Shown one piece after another: positions 18,284-28,900 of a stretch of DNA of 64,000 nucleotides. The DNA lies in IMG/VR virus record IMGVR_UViG_3300044971_004534; one strand, given 5' to 3'. A model generated the notes under the pieces. That model made no database searches, was not told the DNA's origin, and was given only the letters and a program-made list of their open reading frames with translations. The position numbers were made by a program, and so were the translations under genes. The first letter of the stretch is position 1. Each line of letters opens with the position of its first letter. The stretch comes from a virus.

Positions 18284-19788
18284 TGTCATTGCCAGGAATT
18301 CCAGTTATTGAATATCCATTGGGATCTGAAAAAATATCTACAAAAATTGTAGAAGTTAAGTGGAAATCTCCTAATGTTACTATCGGTCAATTTGATCCTG
18401 TTTACTATTATGAAATTTACTATAGAACATCAGACGTTATATCTTATTCTACAAAAGATTGGAAAAGAATTTCCAGAGTCCCATCTTCTGTTAATAAATA
18501 CAATTGGGTAATACCAGAGTATTTATTTGGGGCAGAAATTTTTATTGGTATTAGATCTGTAAATCAAAGCGGACAGTATTCTGAATACTCTGCAAGTGGA
18601 GTGTTTTCCATTCTGCCAAAACCTTTGCCAAAAATATCTATATCTAATCCTGTGTCTGGTAAAATATATGGATCTCAAATAGATATACAGCTGCAAAACT
18701 CTATGATATCTGAAGATTCTTTAAAGCTTAACCGATATAGAATTAATTTGTATTATTCTAGTCAGTCAAATGATATTTCATATGCACCTATAGTGGAAAG
18801 GGTATCTGGCTCTACCTCTCAGGTGATATGGAATACTTCCCAACTAAATCCTGGACAAGACTATTTTATATACGGATTTTATAGTGATGATTTTGGAAGA
18901 AAAGGGCCACAAACTTCTATTGGACCTTTTGCGGTTGAAAATCAGGGATATGTTATTATCGATACTGATGGACCAGAAGTAGCTTTAAAAATAAGTTCTA
19001 ATAATGGTTTTGTCAGAGATAGAACCGTTGGTTTAGAATTATTCGCTTACGACGACGTGTCTGGCATACATGGTTTTAAACTTATTGAAAATATAAGAAA
19101 AAATGATGGTAGTTTGGAAGAAAAATCTGATAGTGAACCTAGATTTTATCAAAAAAACAACTTTTTACAACTTTCTGACCAAGATGCAAGATTTGTCATA
19201 ACAAGCCTTGTAGAAGACATAGCTGGAAATAGAGCTAATGACGCAGATGCAAGTTTAATTAAAGTTGGTAATAAATTTAGAAAATTTTATAATAGAAACG
19301 GTTTTAAAATTACTTCTTGGGCAAAAACACAAGACACGTTGTACGTCTGTATTTATGATGGTCAATTTACTCAAGTTTTAAAGATATTAGATGGCAAAAT
19401 TAATTTTGTAAGTTCTTTTGTAGGTTTAATCAATGTATTATCATATGTTGGTGGTAAACTATATGGTAGTAAGTTCAATCAGAATAGACTATTGGAATTA
19501 GTAGCAATTGAGTCTAATGGCTTGGTTCCTGTAGTGAGTCTTTTATCCCCAGATACTGAGATATCTGCCATGATAGATTCTGAAGACGGAGGCATTCTAT
19601 TGGGATGCATTAATGGAGAAATTTACAGATTATTTAATCAGTCTCTGCAACTAATATCTAATGTTAACATTTCAATTTTAGGTTTTTCAAAAGGTCAATT
19701 TAATTCTGTTTTTATATTAACAAATAGTTCCGAAAAAGTATTTATATACAAAGATCAAAATATTAATACTGTAGAAATAACCATTTAA
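18283..19788 (+). CDS. Structural protein (501 aa) with FN3-like and bacterial Ig-like domains
   Basis: TAATG overlap with the upstream gene, and AGGAG at 18269-18273. The N-terminus is FN3-like (VEVKWKSP...YYYEIYYR...IGIRSVNQSGQYSEYS). An Ig-like module DTDGPEV...FAYDDVSGIHGF...VEDIAGN lies at nt ~18955-19245. Confidence 0.85.
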   Translation: MSLPGIPVIEYPLGSEKISTKIVEVKWKSPNVTIGQFDPVYYYEIYYRTSDVISYSTKDWKRISRVPSSVNKYNWVIPEYLFGAEIFIGIRSVNQSGQYSEYSASGVFSILPKPLPKISISNPVSGKIYGSQIDIQLQNSMISEDSLKLNRYRINLYYSSQSNDISYAPIVERVSGSTSQVIWNTSQLNPGQDYFIYGFYSDDFGRKGPQTSIGPFAVENQGYVIIDTDGPEVALKISSNNGFVRDRTVGLELFAYDDVSGIHGFKLIENIRKNDGSLEEKSDSEPRFYQKNNFLQLSDQDARFVITSLVEDIAGNRANDADASLIKVGNKFRKFYNRNGFKITSWAKTQDTLYVCIYDGQFTQVLKILDGKINFVSSFVGLINVLSYVGGKLYGSKFNQNRLLELVAIESNGLVPVVSLLSPDTEISAMIDSEDGGILLGCINGEIYRLFNQSLQLISNVNISILGFSKGQFNSVFILTNSSEKVFIYKDQNINTVEITI

Positions 19789-19791
19789 AAT

Positions 19792-22700
19792 ATGCCAATA
19801 GTAAAATCACTATTTAGAATAGATCGTCGTCCTATAGCTCGTATAGTTTGCGATCCTATGTCTTTTGTTACTGTAAATTCTTTAGAATACGTGCCGTGTC
19901 CAGATTTGAATAGAGATGGTGTAGTGGACAATGCTGATTTAGCTATAGTTCAAAGCAACTGGGGTGAAAATCCTGGTCATCCTGCAGATTTAAATCTTGA
20001 CGGAAAAGTAGATGGCTTAGATATAAACATAGTATTGTCAAATATGGGGGTTGCAAATTGTGTAGATAATGTAGAAGATCTTTGTAATATTGCACGAGGA
20101 AGATGTTTAGGATCTGCTTTTTATGGAGCTAATGGTTTTTACAAATTTTTTAATATTTATTTAACTAAATTATATGATGCTGGTTTTAGAAGATTTTCTA
20201 TACAATCTCCATCAGGATGCTATTTAGATCCATCTACCGGGAATTTATCAAGTAATATCAGAAACACTTTTGATAATTTGCAGTCTTATTATTTTATTAC
20301 ACGCCGAGAGGAAGCCGGGGTTTGTGAAGAACGTAATTTACCTTTTGACGCAAGTAATCTCAGGCTTGATGATCAGTTGTATACGAGTTTTTTTGAAGCA
20401 TTTGTTGGACATCTTTCTTATTGGATTAGAAGTCGTCATGAGTCTGTTGATGTTCATATTGAGATGGGTTCCAAAGTAATATATACTAGTGGTTCTGTAA
20501 ATACTGATGTGCTAAATTTGCCTGTAAATGAGTTTGTAAATGTAGAGCAAGATTTTAATATTGATATTCCAGAACATAGAAGATGGTTTGAATACAACTG
20601 TGGAAATTATTTGAGTAGTGGCGTGTCTGGTATAGGGTTGAGCAATTGCAAACTATCATTATTGAATAATCTAGTAAATTTTACAAATATCAATAAGGCT
20701 ATGTGGAAATTGTATGAATCTTATTTTATGCATGTCAATGTGCCAAATATAAATGGAGATTTATTGAATAGTGAAGAATACTCAAGGTTCAAAATTATTT
20801 CCAATTTTACCAACCCTGTTGGATTCGGCAGTACAAATCTGTTTAGATTATTTAGCGGTCTTCGCATGTTTGACAAAGGGTCCGAGATACACGGCTCATT
20901 TAAGTCTGAAGAATTAAATTCATATTCATCTGATTTATTAAGAGAATATGTAGATGACACTGGAATTATTCCTGGAATTGAACTGTCTTATTCTGTTGAC
21001 GGTAGCTCTTTAAATGTTGAATCAATTTCTAATCAGTTTTCAAAAATAAATCAAGCTATTGAATATGCAGAAAATCAGTCAAACGTCAGAAGTTTTGGTC
21101 AATCTATGTTCTTTTTTAGTGAATCTGCAGGAGAGACAAGAAATTCAAATGGTGCAGTAAGTACTTCAAACGCATATTTAAGGTCTTCTGCAAAAGAAGA
21201 TCCAGCAATTGTTCCTGTTATAAAAGTGAATTGCTCAAAGAGTATAAAAAGTTTAGATGAAAGTGTCATTCGTTCTTACATCCCTTCTTGGTGGTTTACT
21301 GATCGTTCAGGGGAATGCATAGATATTTCTATGATTGACGCAGTTTTAAATAGTTGGACTGTGCAAAACTCAGCAGACATAGTTAAAGTAAATTCTTCTA
21401 GTCCTTATGGGACGTATGGTCCAGAAAAATGCGCAGATGCTGCTTTTGATTTGATATTGCAATATCAGTCCTCTTATACAGGAGTGGATCGTGCAAGCAT
21501 TAATTTTCAAAACACAAAAAATATAGCAATTAAATTGGAAAACTGGGGTGATCTTTTTGATCACGAGTGTACAAAAGATGATCTTAATGATGTTTTGGCT
21601 GAAGGTTGGTGCAGGCTATTTACAAACTCCCTTGATCAGATCAGGCCTTATTTTGATAGGGAACTTGAATTAGAGCGTTCGCCTATTAATAGACTTAAAA
21701 ATTTGTATGCAAAAAATGGAACTTTCGAATGTTCTCTTTGGGTAAAAAGATTTATTCAAAGATTCAAATATAGACAGCACAACAGGAGAGTAGATAGCTC
21801 TTTGAGCGTTGTTCCTAATCCTAGAATTATATACATAGATGAACCTAATGTATTGGCTGTACATGATTTTATTGATTATGCTTATTTGGATAGTGGTTCA
21901 TCTTCTGTATGTCTGAATAATGGTCATAATTTTGGATCATGGCATCATCATGTCAATGATCCAAGATTTTCTGATAAAGAAGTTGGATTTAAATGGCGAG
22001 ATGTTAGTAACTTAAAAGACGCTTACATGATTGCAGATCAATCTTCAGAATTTAAAGTTAAGCGTGCCTCTAGCGACTCAGATAATTTGCTTGGTGATAT
22101 TTTAATTTCTGACTATAGCAAAAAAATAGAGTCTTATGCTTATTCTGATCAGTCCAACGCGGCAATAGAAAAATGGTTGCAAATTTTAATAGACGAAGTA
22201 GTAAGTCGTAGAGTTTACGAGAGCATGGGTATGCATGTGGAAAATGCATTTTCTTTAGGAAGATATGCGCAACGAGGATTTACTTGTGGCATTAGTGATA
22301 GTTTATCCGCGTGTAATATACAAGCTCCATTTTATTATTTTGTTAATAGATGGCAGTACTACAACGGTAAGCATAATTTTAATATTCCAAAATCCACTAG
22401 CGTTCAAGTGCATCATATTTGTCCTACTTCTGTTGCCGTTGACGATGGTATAAATCAGGCAGCTTTTGACTGGTCTCCTGATTTTAAAAACACAAAAGTT
22501 AGATTTGAAAGTTTAGAATACATTTTAACATATGATAACAACCAGCCTGAGCATGGTAATTTTGGATGGCGTCCCATGTATAGCAAGGACCCTGACGGAA
22601 GAGGAATTTTTTCTTATGGATCAGGCCCTATTGACGGCAACCCAGAAGATGGAATTATTTATGGAGATGTGCATAGGTCAAATATGCAAATGCTCTTACA

Positions 22701-24918
22701 GAAAAATCACGCAAAATATCTATCTTACTTGTTAAGTACAATTTACACCCTCAACTCATCAGCTTCATTTTATCAAAAAACAAAAGTTGTATTTACTCAT
22801 GGAATAAACAATAATTCTTTAAATGTTTCTTTGGCGGCAAATATTAAATCTTTAGGAAATCTTCAAACAGGTGCTTTGACTGCTTCTGCAGACAAAATAT
22901 TTGATATAGAATTTTTAGATGGATATTCATTTGATTTTAGATCTTTTGTGTCTTCGTGGTATCGTATACTTCAAAAAATATCTCGCGAAAATATATACGA
23001 TCAATTTATTTTTATACACAAACATAGGCAGCAAGGCGTATCAGATTGGCAAGATCTATCTACTGGCATACAAAATGCACTAGTTTATCAGGAACCTCCT
23101 GGATCATCGTCCAGTTCTAGCAGTTCTAGTTTCATGATGGGAGACTGGGATTTAGATGGTGTTATTGGCGGTAGTGATCTAGGACCGTTGCTAGGCTGCT
23201 TTGGCACTTCTGATCCACAATGTCTGCGTGTATTTGATTTTGATGGAGACGGTGTTATTGGCGGAAATGATCTAGGAGTTTTGTTAGGAATGTGGACGGT
23301 GGCATCTAGTTCTAGCAGTTCTAGTTTCATGATGGGAGACTGGGATTTAAACGGGATTATTAATGGTAGTGATCTGGGACCGTTGCTAGGCTGCTTTGGT
23401 TCTTCTGATCCACAATGTCTGCGTGTATTTGATTTTGATGGAGACGGTGTGATTGGCGGAAATGATTTAGGAGTTTTATTAGGCATGTGGACTGTAACAT
23501 CTAGTTCTAGTAGTTCTAGTAGTTCTAGTAGTTCGATTAATCTTGACGACTACACTGGAGTTATGGCAGTTCGTGTAAATGAAAACGGCATTTACAACAT
23601 TACTGGATCAGCTTTAAACAATTTTAACTGGAAAATTTATGTCTCTGTTAGAGACAATAATAGTTATTTGCATTGTGTTTTATTAGATAGTAGTGGTGGC
23701 GTTCAAAGTGTTTTGTTTGATATTTTAATAAATAATAAGTTTGTAGGCGATATTGTAAAAGAAATAGACGGAATAGCAGGGTTTCATGCAGAAGTTTTAA
23801 ATAATGCTGATCTGTCTATTAGTGATGGCATTTATTTTGACCCAATGAAAGTGTATACAGAAAATGATTTTGCAATAGGTTACCTAGAAAACCCAACAAC
23901 TAATTTTACAGGTTTTGACAATCCATTTTTGCTACTTTCTCTAGAAGGTACTACTAACGATTACGCATTGATAGGTTCTCAAGTAAAGCAAAACTTTGGT
24001 AAATACCCATCTTACAAAGCTATTGTTCCATCTGCAAAATTATCTAGCGTAATTGGTGGGTCTTCTGGATTTTTGACAGTTGAAGATCCTCTCAACATTC
24101 TAGCTACATTTAATCATGTTTCTATAGATGGAGAAATTATAAAAATTAATGAATGGAACAATGGTGTTGCAGAAATTGTTGAAAGGTCTGTTGGTGGAAC
24201 TGTAAAAAGATTTCACCCCAGTGGATCAAGTGTGTTTGGAGTTGGAGACAATGATGTATTTGATAATAACTTCTACTTAGATAGTAATGGCAAGTATATC
24301 TATCAGTATAGGTGTTTGGCTATTAGAAATATATACAAAAATCTATCCATAGTTAACCCATCGATTGTTATGGAAAATAATTACAATCCAGGTTTAACAA
24401 ACTTAAGTTTTGGTTTCGAAATACCTGCGCATAAATATGTAGTGCTAAGTAGTTCGGTGGGATCTGGCACAAGAGTTGTTAATATAGAAACAGAAAATCT
24501 ACAGAATTATTCATACAATGGTAATTTGAGTAGCTACACTGACTCATTAATGAGATTTTCTAATTCATCTGGTTCTGTGTATTATAGAAAAATTGTTTCT
24601 ATAAATAGTAATTTTATTGAACTGGATAAAGACCTTCCATCTCCAGTAAATCAATTTGTTAGTGTAGAGATCTTACCAGGTCAAGCATCTAATAGTCATC
24701 AAGGTAAAATGTCTCCTGTTGTGTCTTCAAGATTCAGCGGATTTTATAATGTTGGAGAATTAAATAATTTATCAGTACCTCTTGTAGGAAATAATCTAAC
24801 TAGGTCTATTTCTTATAATAATATAATATATCTATGGATAAAAAGAGAAGTGCCAAAAGACGTAAGAATGAATTTACAAAACACTTTACCAATTAAATTT
24901 AAATTTACAATTAAATGA
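19792..24918 (+). CDS. Large structural protein (1,708 aa) carrying three dockerin-like Ca-binding modules
   Basis: Uninterrupted ORF. The N-terminal dockerin-like pair is DLNRDGVVDNADLAIVQSNWG / DLNLDGKVDGLDINIVLSNMG (19903-20049). Two tandem copies of a 65-aa module (GDWDLDGVIGGSDL...FDFDGDGVIGGNDLGVLLGMW) bracketed by poly-Ser lie at 23101-23535. Confidence 0.88.
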   Translation: MPIVKSLFRIDRRPIARIVCDPMSFVTVNSLEYVPCPDLNRDGVVDNADLAIVQSNWGENPGHPADLNLDGKVDGLDINIVLSNMGVANCVDNVEDLCNIARGRCLGSAFYGANGFYKFFNIYLTKLYDAGFRRFSIQSPSGCYLDPSTGNLSSNIRNTFDNLQSYYFITRREEAGVCEERNLPFDASNLRLDDQLYTSFFEAFVGHLSYWIRSRHESVDVHIEMGSKVIYTSGSVNTDVLNLPVNEFVNVEQDFNIDIPEHRRWFEYNCGNYLSSGVSGIGLSNCKLSLLNNLVNFTNINKAMWKLYESYFMHVNVPNINGDLLNSEEYSRFKIISNFTNPVGFGSTNLFRLFSGLRMFDKGSEIHGSFKSEELNSYSSDLLREYVDDTGIIPGIELSYSVDGSSLNVESISNQFSKINQAIEYAENQSNVRSFGQSMFFFSESAGETRNSNGAVSTSNAYLRSSAKEDPAIVPVIKVNCSKSIKSLDESVIRSYIPSWWFTDRSGECIDISMIDAVLNSWTVQNSADIVKVNSSSPYGTYGPEKCADAAFDLILQYQSSYTGVDRASINFQNTKNIAIKLENWGDLFDHECTKDDLNDVLAEGWCRLFTNSLDQIRPYFDRELELERSPINRLKNLYAKNGTFECSLWVKRFIQRFKYRQHNRRVDSSLSVVPNPRIIYIDEPNVLAVHDFIDYAYLDSGSSSVCLNNGHNFGSWHHHVNDPRFSDKEVGFKWRDVSNLKDAYMIADQSSEFKVKRASSDSDNLLGDILISDYSKKIESYAYSDQSNAAIEKWLQILIDEVVSRRVYESMGMHVENAFSLGRYAQRGFTCGISDSLSACNIQAPFYYFVNRWQYYNGKHNFNIPKSTSVQVHHICPTSVAVDDGINQAAFDWSPDFKNTKVRFESLEYILTYDNNQPEHGNFGWRPMYSKDPDGRGIFSYGSGPIDGNPEDGIIYGDVHRSNMQMLLQKNHAKYLSYLLSTIYTLNSSASFYQKTKVVFTHGINNNSLNVSLAANIKSLGNLQTGALTASADKIFDIEFLDGYSFDFRSFVSSWYRILQKISRENIYDQFIFIHKHRQQGVSDWQDLSTGIQNALVYQEPPGSSSSSSSSSFMMGDWDLDGVIGGSDLGPLLGCFGTSDPQCLRVFDFDGDGVIGGNDLGVLLGMWTVASSSSSSSFMMGDWDLNGIINGSDLGPLLGCFGSSDPQCLRVFDFDGDGVIGGNDLGVLLGMWTVTSSSSSSSSSSSSINLDDYTGVMAVRVNENGIYNITGSALNNFNWKIYVSVRDNNSYLHCVLLDSSGGVQSVLFDILINNKFVGDIVKEIDGIAGFHAEVLNNADLSISDGIYFDPMKVYTENDFAIGYLENPTTNFTGFDNPFLLLSLEGTTNDYALIGSQVKQNFGKYPSYKAIVPSAKLSSVIGGSSGFLTVEDPLNILATFNHVSIDGEIIKINEWNNGVAEIVERSVGGTVKRFHPSGSSVFGVGDNDVFDNNFYLDSNGKYIYQYRCLAIRNIYKNLSIVNPSIVMENNYNPGLTNLSFGFEIPAHKYVVLSSSVGSGTRVVNIETENLQNYSYNGNLSSYTDSLMRFSNSSGSVYYRKIVSINSNFIELDKDLPSPVNQFVSVEILPGQASNSHQGKMSPVVSSRFSGFYNVGELNNLSVPLVGNNLTRSISYNNIIYLWIKREVPKDVRMNLQNTLPIKFKFTIK
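19903..20049 (+). other. N-terminal dockerin-like double EF-hand module
   Basis: The segments DLNRDGVVDNADL-AIVQSNWG and DLNLDGKVDGLDI-NIVLSNMG are two DxNxDGxVDxxD loops, each followed by a helix ending N(W/M)G. That is the type-I dockerin architecture. Confidence 0.7.
23101..23535 (+). repeat. Tandem 195-bp (65-codon) duplication encoding two dockerin-like modules, bracketed and separated by poly-Ser tracts
   Basis: Copy 1 starts ~23113 and copy 2 ~23308; the FMMGDWDL ATGs at 23134 and 23329 give a period of exactly 195 nt. By my hand alignment ~17-18 mismatches in 195 nt (~91% identity), clustered in the first Ca-binding loop (DLDGVIGG vs DLNGIING). Each copy has two DxDxDGxIxGxD loops. 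Confidence 0.9.
23500..23535 (+). repeat. Coding Ser microsatellite (TCT/AGT units, 12 consecutive Ser codons)
   Basis: The run is TCT AGT TCT AGT AGT TCT AGT AGT TCT AGT AGT TCG. Related AGT/TCT/AGC runs lie at 23104-23130 and 23305-23325. Confidence 0.9.
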
Positions 24919-25985
24919 GCACACTAAGTATAGAAAAATATTTGCATTTTAACTTTGATCAGTTTCCGGTTGTGGAAACTGGTACTTTAGATAATCTAAT
25001 TTTCAATGGCAATGGTAGTGTGGATATCGTTCCAGGTGTATTTTCTTCTGGTCTTTTATTAAATGATGATGGGTATTTTTCAATGCCTATATCATCTGTT
25101 AGATATCAAAATTTGCGTTCAGAATTTTCTGTAGGATTTTGGTTAAACTCTGTTTCTTTATCTGATAAAATTTATGATGACGTTGTAATAGTGCCATCTA
25201 TGCCTATATTGTCTGTTGGTAATGCTACGTTATTGAATGGTTCTTACGTTTTTTCTGATGGTCTATTTATGTTATATGAAAAATCTGTCTTTGCCAATTA
25301 TAATAAAATGTATTTGATTATAATGACATCTGGTGGTGAAAAGCTAGAATTTGAAAGTGAAATATACGAAACTGGTATCTTTAATCATTTTATGTTTTCT
25401 GTAAATTCAGAAACAAGTCAAATAAAACTCTATATTAATGGAGTAGAAAGTATACTATCTTCTAATACAGCCGTTCTTCCTCCATCCTTTGGTCTTTCTT
25501 CAGTTCCAGAGCTGTATATTAATAAAAATATAGAAGGTGATAATAGAAGTTTAGAAAAAAATAAGGGTGTAATAGATGATCTGTTTATAATAGCTGATGC
25601 AATTATTGAAAATTATAAAATATCTAAAATAATAGCTGACGGATTTTCATCTTATATTGCAGAAGTTTCTGGCAATATATCAGAAAGAGTTTTTGATGCA
25701 AAAATTAGTTTTTTGCAAAAAACGTCTGTAGCTCCTCCAATATCTGCCGTAGACATGTCTAGTGGAGATATTGTGGCTGGAACTCAAGATGGTGTCGTTT
25801 TAAAAGGAGACTCGGGGTATTGGAATAAGAAATACAGTTTAACGAATCAGCAATCCTTAAGTGATTTTACTGTTGTTTATTCTACTCAAAACAGCTCTGG
25901 TTCTAATGAAAATTCTGCAAATGATGGTAAGATAATATCTGGAGAGGGTCTTATCTTATTTAAAAATGGTATTATAATAAACTAA
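24915..25985 (+). CDS. LamG (concanavalin-A-like lectin) domain protein (356 aa)
   Basis: ATGA overlap with the upstream gene. The Laminin_G_3-like pattern reads LHFNFDQ...GNGSVDIVPGVFSSGLLLNDDGYFSMP...EFSVGFWLNS...FNHFMFSVNSETSQIKLYINGVE...GVIDDLFIIADAI. Confidence 0.8.
   Translation: MSTLSIEKYLHFNFDQFPVVETGTLDNLIFNGNGSVDIVPGVFSSGLLLNDDGYFSMPISSVRYQNLRSEFSVGFWLNSVSLSDKIYDDVVIVPSMPILSVGNATLLNGSYVFSDGLFMLYEKSVFANYNKMYLIIMTSGGEKLEFESEIYETGIFNHFMFSVNSETSQIKLYINGVESILSSNTAVLPPSFGLSSVPELYINKNIEGDNRSLEKNKGVIDDLFIIADAIIENYKISKIIADGFSSYIAEVSGNISERVFDAKISFLQKTSVAPPISAVDMSSGDIVAGTQDGVVLKGDSGYWNKKYSLTNQQSLSDFTVVYSTQNSSGSNENSANDGKIISGEGLILFKNGIIIN
24945..25640 (+). other. LamG / concanavalin-A-like lectin domain
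   Basis: See the CDS at 24915-25985. The pattern is typical Laminin_G_3: FxVGFWLxx ... hFhFSV.....hKLYINGV ... DDLFI. Confidence 0.6.
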
Positions 25986-25986
25986 A

Positions 25987-28900
25987 ATGATAGAATCTAT
26001 TAACGTAAAAATAAATGGAAAAGAGTTTTTGGGAAATCCGCTAAAGGTTTTGCCTAAAGGTTTTATTGTATCTTGGCAGTTTGGTCCTTCGCAGGTATCT
26101 CAAACAAATTTTGAAATAAGAATAGGGGCAGATGCTTTTGGATTAGGTACAGACTTGTTTGTTGGTAGTATATTTGAATATTCTGGCATAAACAAAACTC
26201 GACAAGATTACGCATTTTTTCCAAGCGCTATTCTTTCAAGAAGTTCTGAACTTTATGGTCAGCTAAGAATCGTTGATCAATTTGGTAATAATTCTTTTTG
26301 GAAAACATTTTCAGTTTATGTTAATGACGTTCCTCACCTAATAGATTCTTATTTTTTGCCTGGATATGGAATTGAATCTGGAATATCTCTAGGTGTTGTC
26401 AAGCCTAGTGATGATGTATTGGTTAAAACTAGATGGTTTCAAAATGGTAAACTGCAATCTTATTTAGATGATTCTTATTCAGTTCCATCTAGAAATATAG
26501 AATATGGAGATGTTTGGAGTGCTCAAGTTATTCCTTATAATGAGTTAGAGTCTGGATTAACTTTTGACGTAAGCCCTGTTTCTATTCTACCACCAATTAT
26601 TTCAGTTAGTAATATATCTATTATACCTTCAAATCCAAATCCAGATGATATATTTGAAGTATCTTATAGCTTATATAAAAATAATTTATTAGAAAATATA
26701 GGTGATGAATCTATAGTCAGATGGTATGTGAATGATATAGAAGTCTCTGGAAATGTTAATTCAAAATTTGCAAGGTTAAATGTAAAACCTAAAGATCATG
26801 TTTATGCCAGAATAGATTCTAATTGGAGTGGTTTTGCTGGTACAAGCTTGGTTAGTAATCCTGTAATTGTTGGAGAATACAATCTGCAATTATCAAATTG
26901 CGTTATTAACGGAGTTTCTGATAAAAATTTTGTTTCTTATGACGCAGTGAATATTCTTTGGAATGTTGCTGATAATATTAAAGAAAAAATATCGCAATAC
27001 AATATAAAGTTAGGTCATTCTGAGGGTGGATCTAATCTTCTGAATACGCATGTTGGCCCTAATGTATTTAGCTTTTTTATACCACCATCTGCTCTTAAAA
27101 AAGGGATGGACTATTATGTTTCAGTTGGTCCAGTAGACGTAAATGGTAATGCTGGAAAATATGAGACCGTATATTTTAAGACTTTTGGTAATACTTGGGG
27201 TGACAATGTATCTGCCGACAATGGGTATACTATTTTCATCAAATTAAAATGTGAGATTGCTAGTGGAGAGAGTTCTCCAGAAGATGTTCTTTCGCTTAAC
27301 GTTTCTGACGGACTGCAGTCATATGTGGTAGATTTTCATAAAAGTTTCGTCAGAATTAATATAGATACAAATACAAAAGTTAAAGCTGATGTTGATAATT
27401 CTATATTTAGAGAGTATATATTGTCAGTAAAAAACAATGACATTAATTTGTTCGTTGATGGCAATTTAATAGCCAAATATAGTCAACAAACTCAGCGTTC
27501 AGGTGAAAAGTATTTAAATTTGATACCACGCGGAGGTAAGGGCGACTTAAAGTCTACAATTTCTTCAATTAGAATAAGTGTAAGTAATCCATATCATTTA
27601 GATTCTACTGGCATATCTGAGTTAACAAGTTTTTCTGAAGTAATTGATTTACCGAATATCGTAATAAATGATGTTGAGTCAACCCCGGGCGGTGTTTTAC
27701 TAGCTGCTAAAAATATTTCTGATGAATATTCAAGAATATATAAATATGACTCTTCTAAAAACAATTTTAAATTTGATGTAGAAAGTTTGTCAAGCTCAGT
27801 ATTTACTGTTAGTCATGTGGATGTTTCTCCTGGGTATGAAGCTTTTACTGTGTCTAGTAATAAGGGCGTTTCTTTGTTCAAAGGCGACCCGGTTGCTGGA
27901 TGGGATTCTTCTGTGGAATTTAGATCTTTAAATGACTTATACAACAATAAGTGGAGTGTTATTTCTTCTTCAGGAGACTCTGGAATATCAATTAATTCTG
28001 ATGGGTTGTTAATATCAAATAGTTTTGCTACAGTTGGTAGAACTTCAACAATAAAAAGATCTAATGAATTACAATATCCTGCCGTTGCTGTTAAAAGCCT
28101 GTTCTTGAGTAATTTTAGTTTTTCTGTATCTAATAATATTATGTCTATCTTGAACAATGGAGATACATCTCTTCTTCAACACTCAATAGACATTACACAG
28201 TTTACTTCTATAGGCAATTTGTTTGCTTATATAAAAGATCTTTTTGCTACTGCTGATAATGGATCGTACATCAAAGATTTTTTCTCATTTTATATCTTGA
28301 ATGGAGCAAATGACTTATCGACTAGTTTACTTTCAGATTATAATTCTGCATCTCAACAAATAGAGTATATATTTTATGTTGATAATGTTGCTGACTCTAT
28401 AGATCCGTATGCAGATGCTTCTCAAACTTCTTTTTCTGGTGGTAGAGCATTTATATCTCACGACAGTCCAGGGTCTCCATGGTTTGATAGTGCAAATAGT
28501 GAATCTGGATATTCTATAGAGTTAGATTGCAAAGTTGATTCGTTAGAAGACAGTTTACGTCCGGTTAGTTTTTCTGACAAAAACTTCTTGGGTATGTATA
28601 TAAATGATGGAGAGTATGAGCAAGAAATATCTTTGAGCAGTAGCGCAATTAGAATCCCTAAAATTGGGAAAAACATACCAATCAATTTGTCTGAATTTAC
28701 AAAATTAAGATTTAATAGCTTAGACGGTAAAGTAAATTTGTGGAAAAAATCATCGGCAGATAGAGACTATGTATTATTAGACAGTTTTATTTTAAATTCT
28801 GTATCAAACATATCTAGAAATGTCATTCAACACAAGGTGTTTAATAGTGATTCAAAAACATACATCATGTGGGTGGAAGAAGACGGTGATTATAGCGTCA

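Noticed and set aside
23088-23486. 132-aa minus-strand ORF with an internal repeat (…PPITPSPSKSNTRRHCGSE…, twice).
   Set aside because: It is the reverse complement of the tandem dockerin duplication, so its repeat structure merely mirrors the plus-strand coding repeat.
23113-23502. Whether the 195-bp direct repeat could be a CRISPR-like array or a DGR template/variable-repeat pair.
   Set aside because: There are only two adjacent copies with no spacers, and both are in frame within a CDS. The mismatches include G-to-A, T-to-C, T-to-G, C-to-T and A-to-G changes rather than adenine-specific substitutions. No reverse transcriptase or cas gene is in the window.
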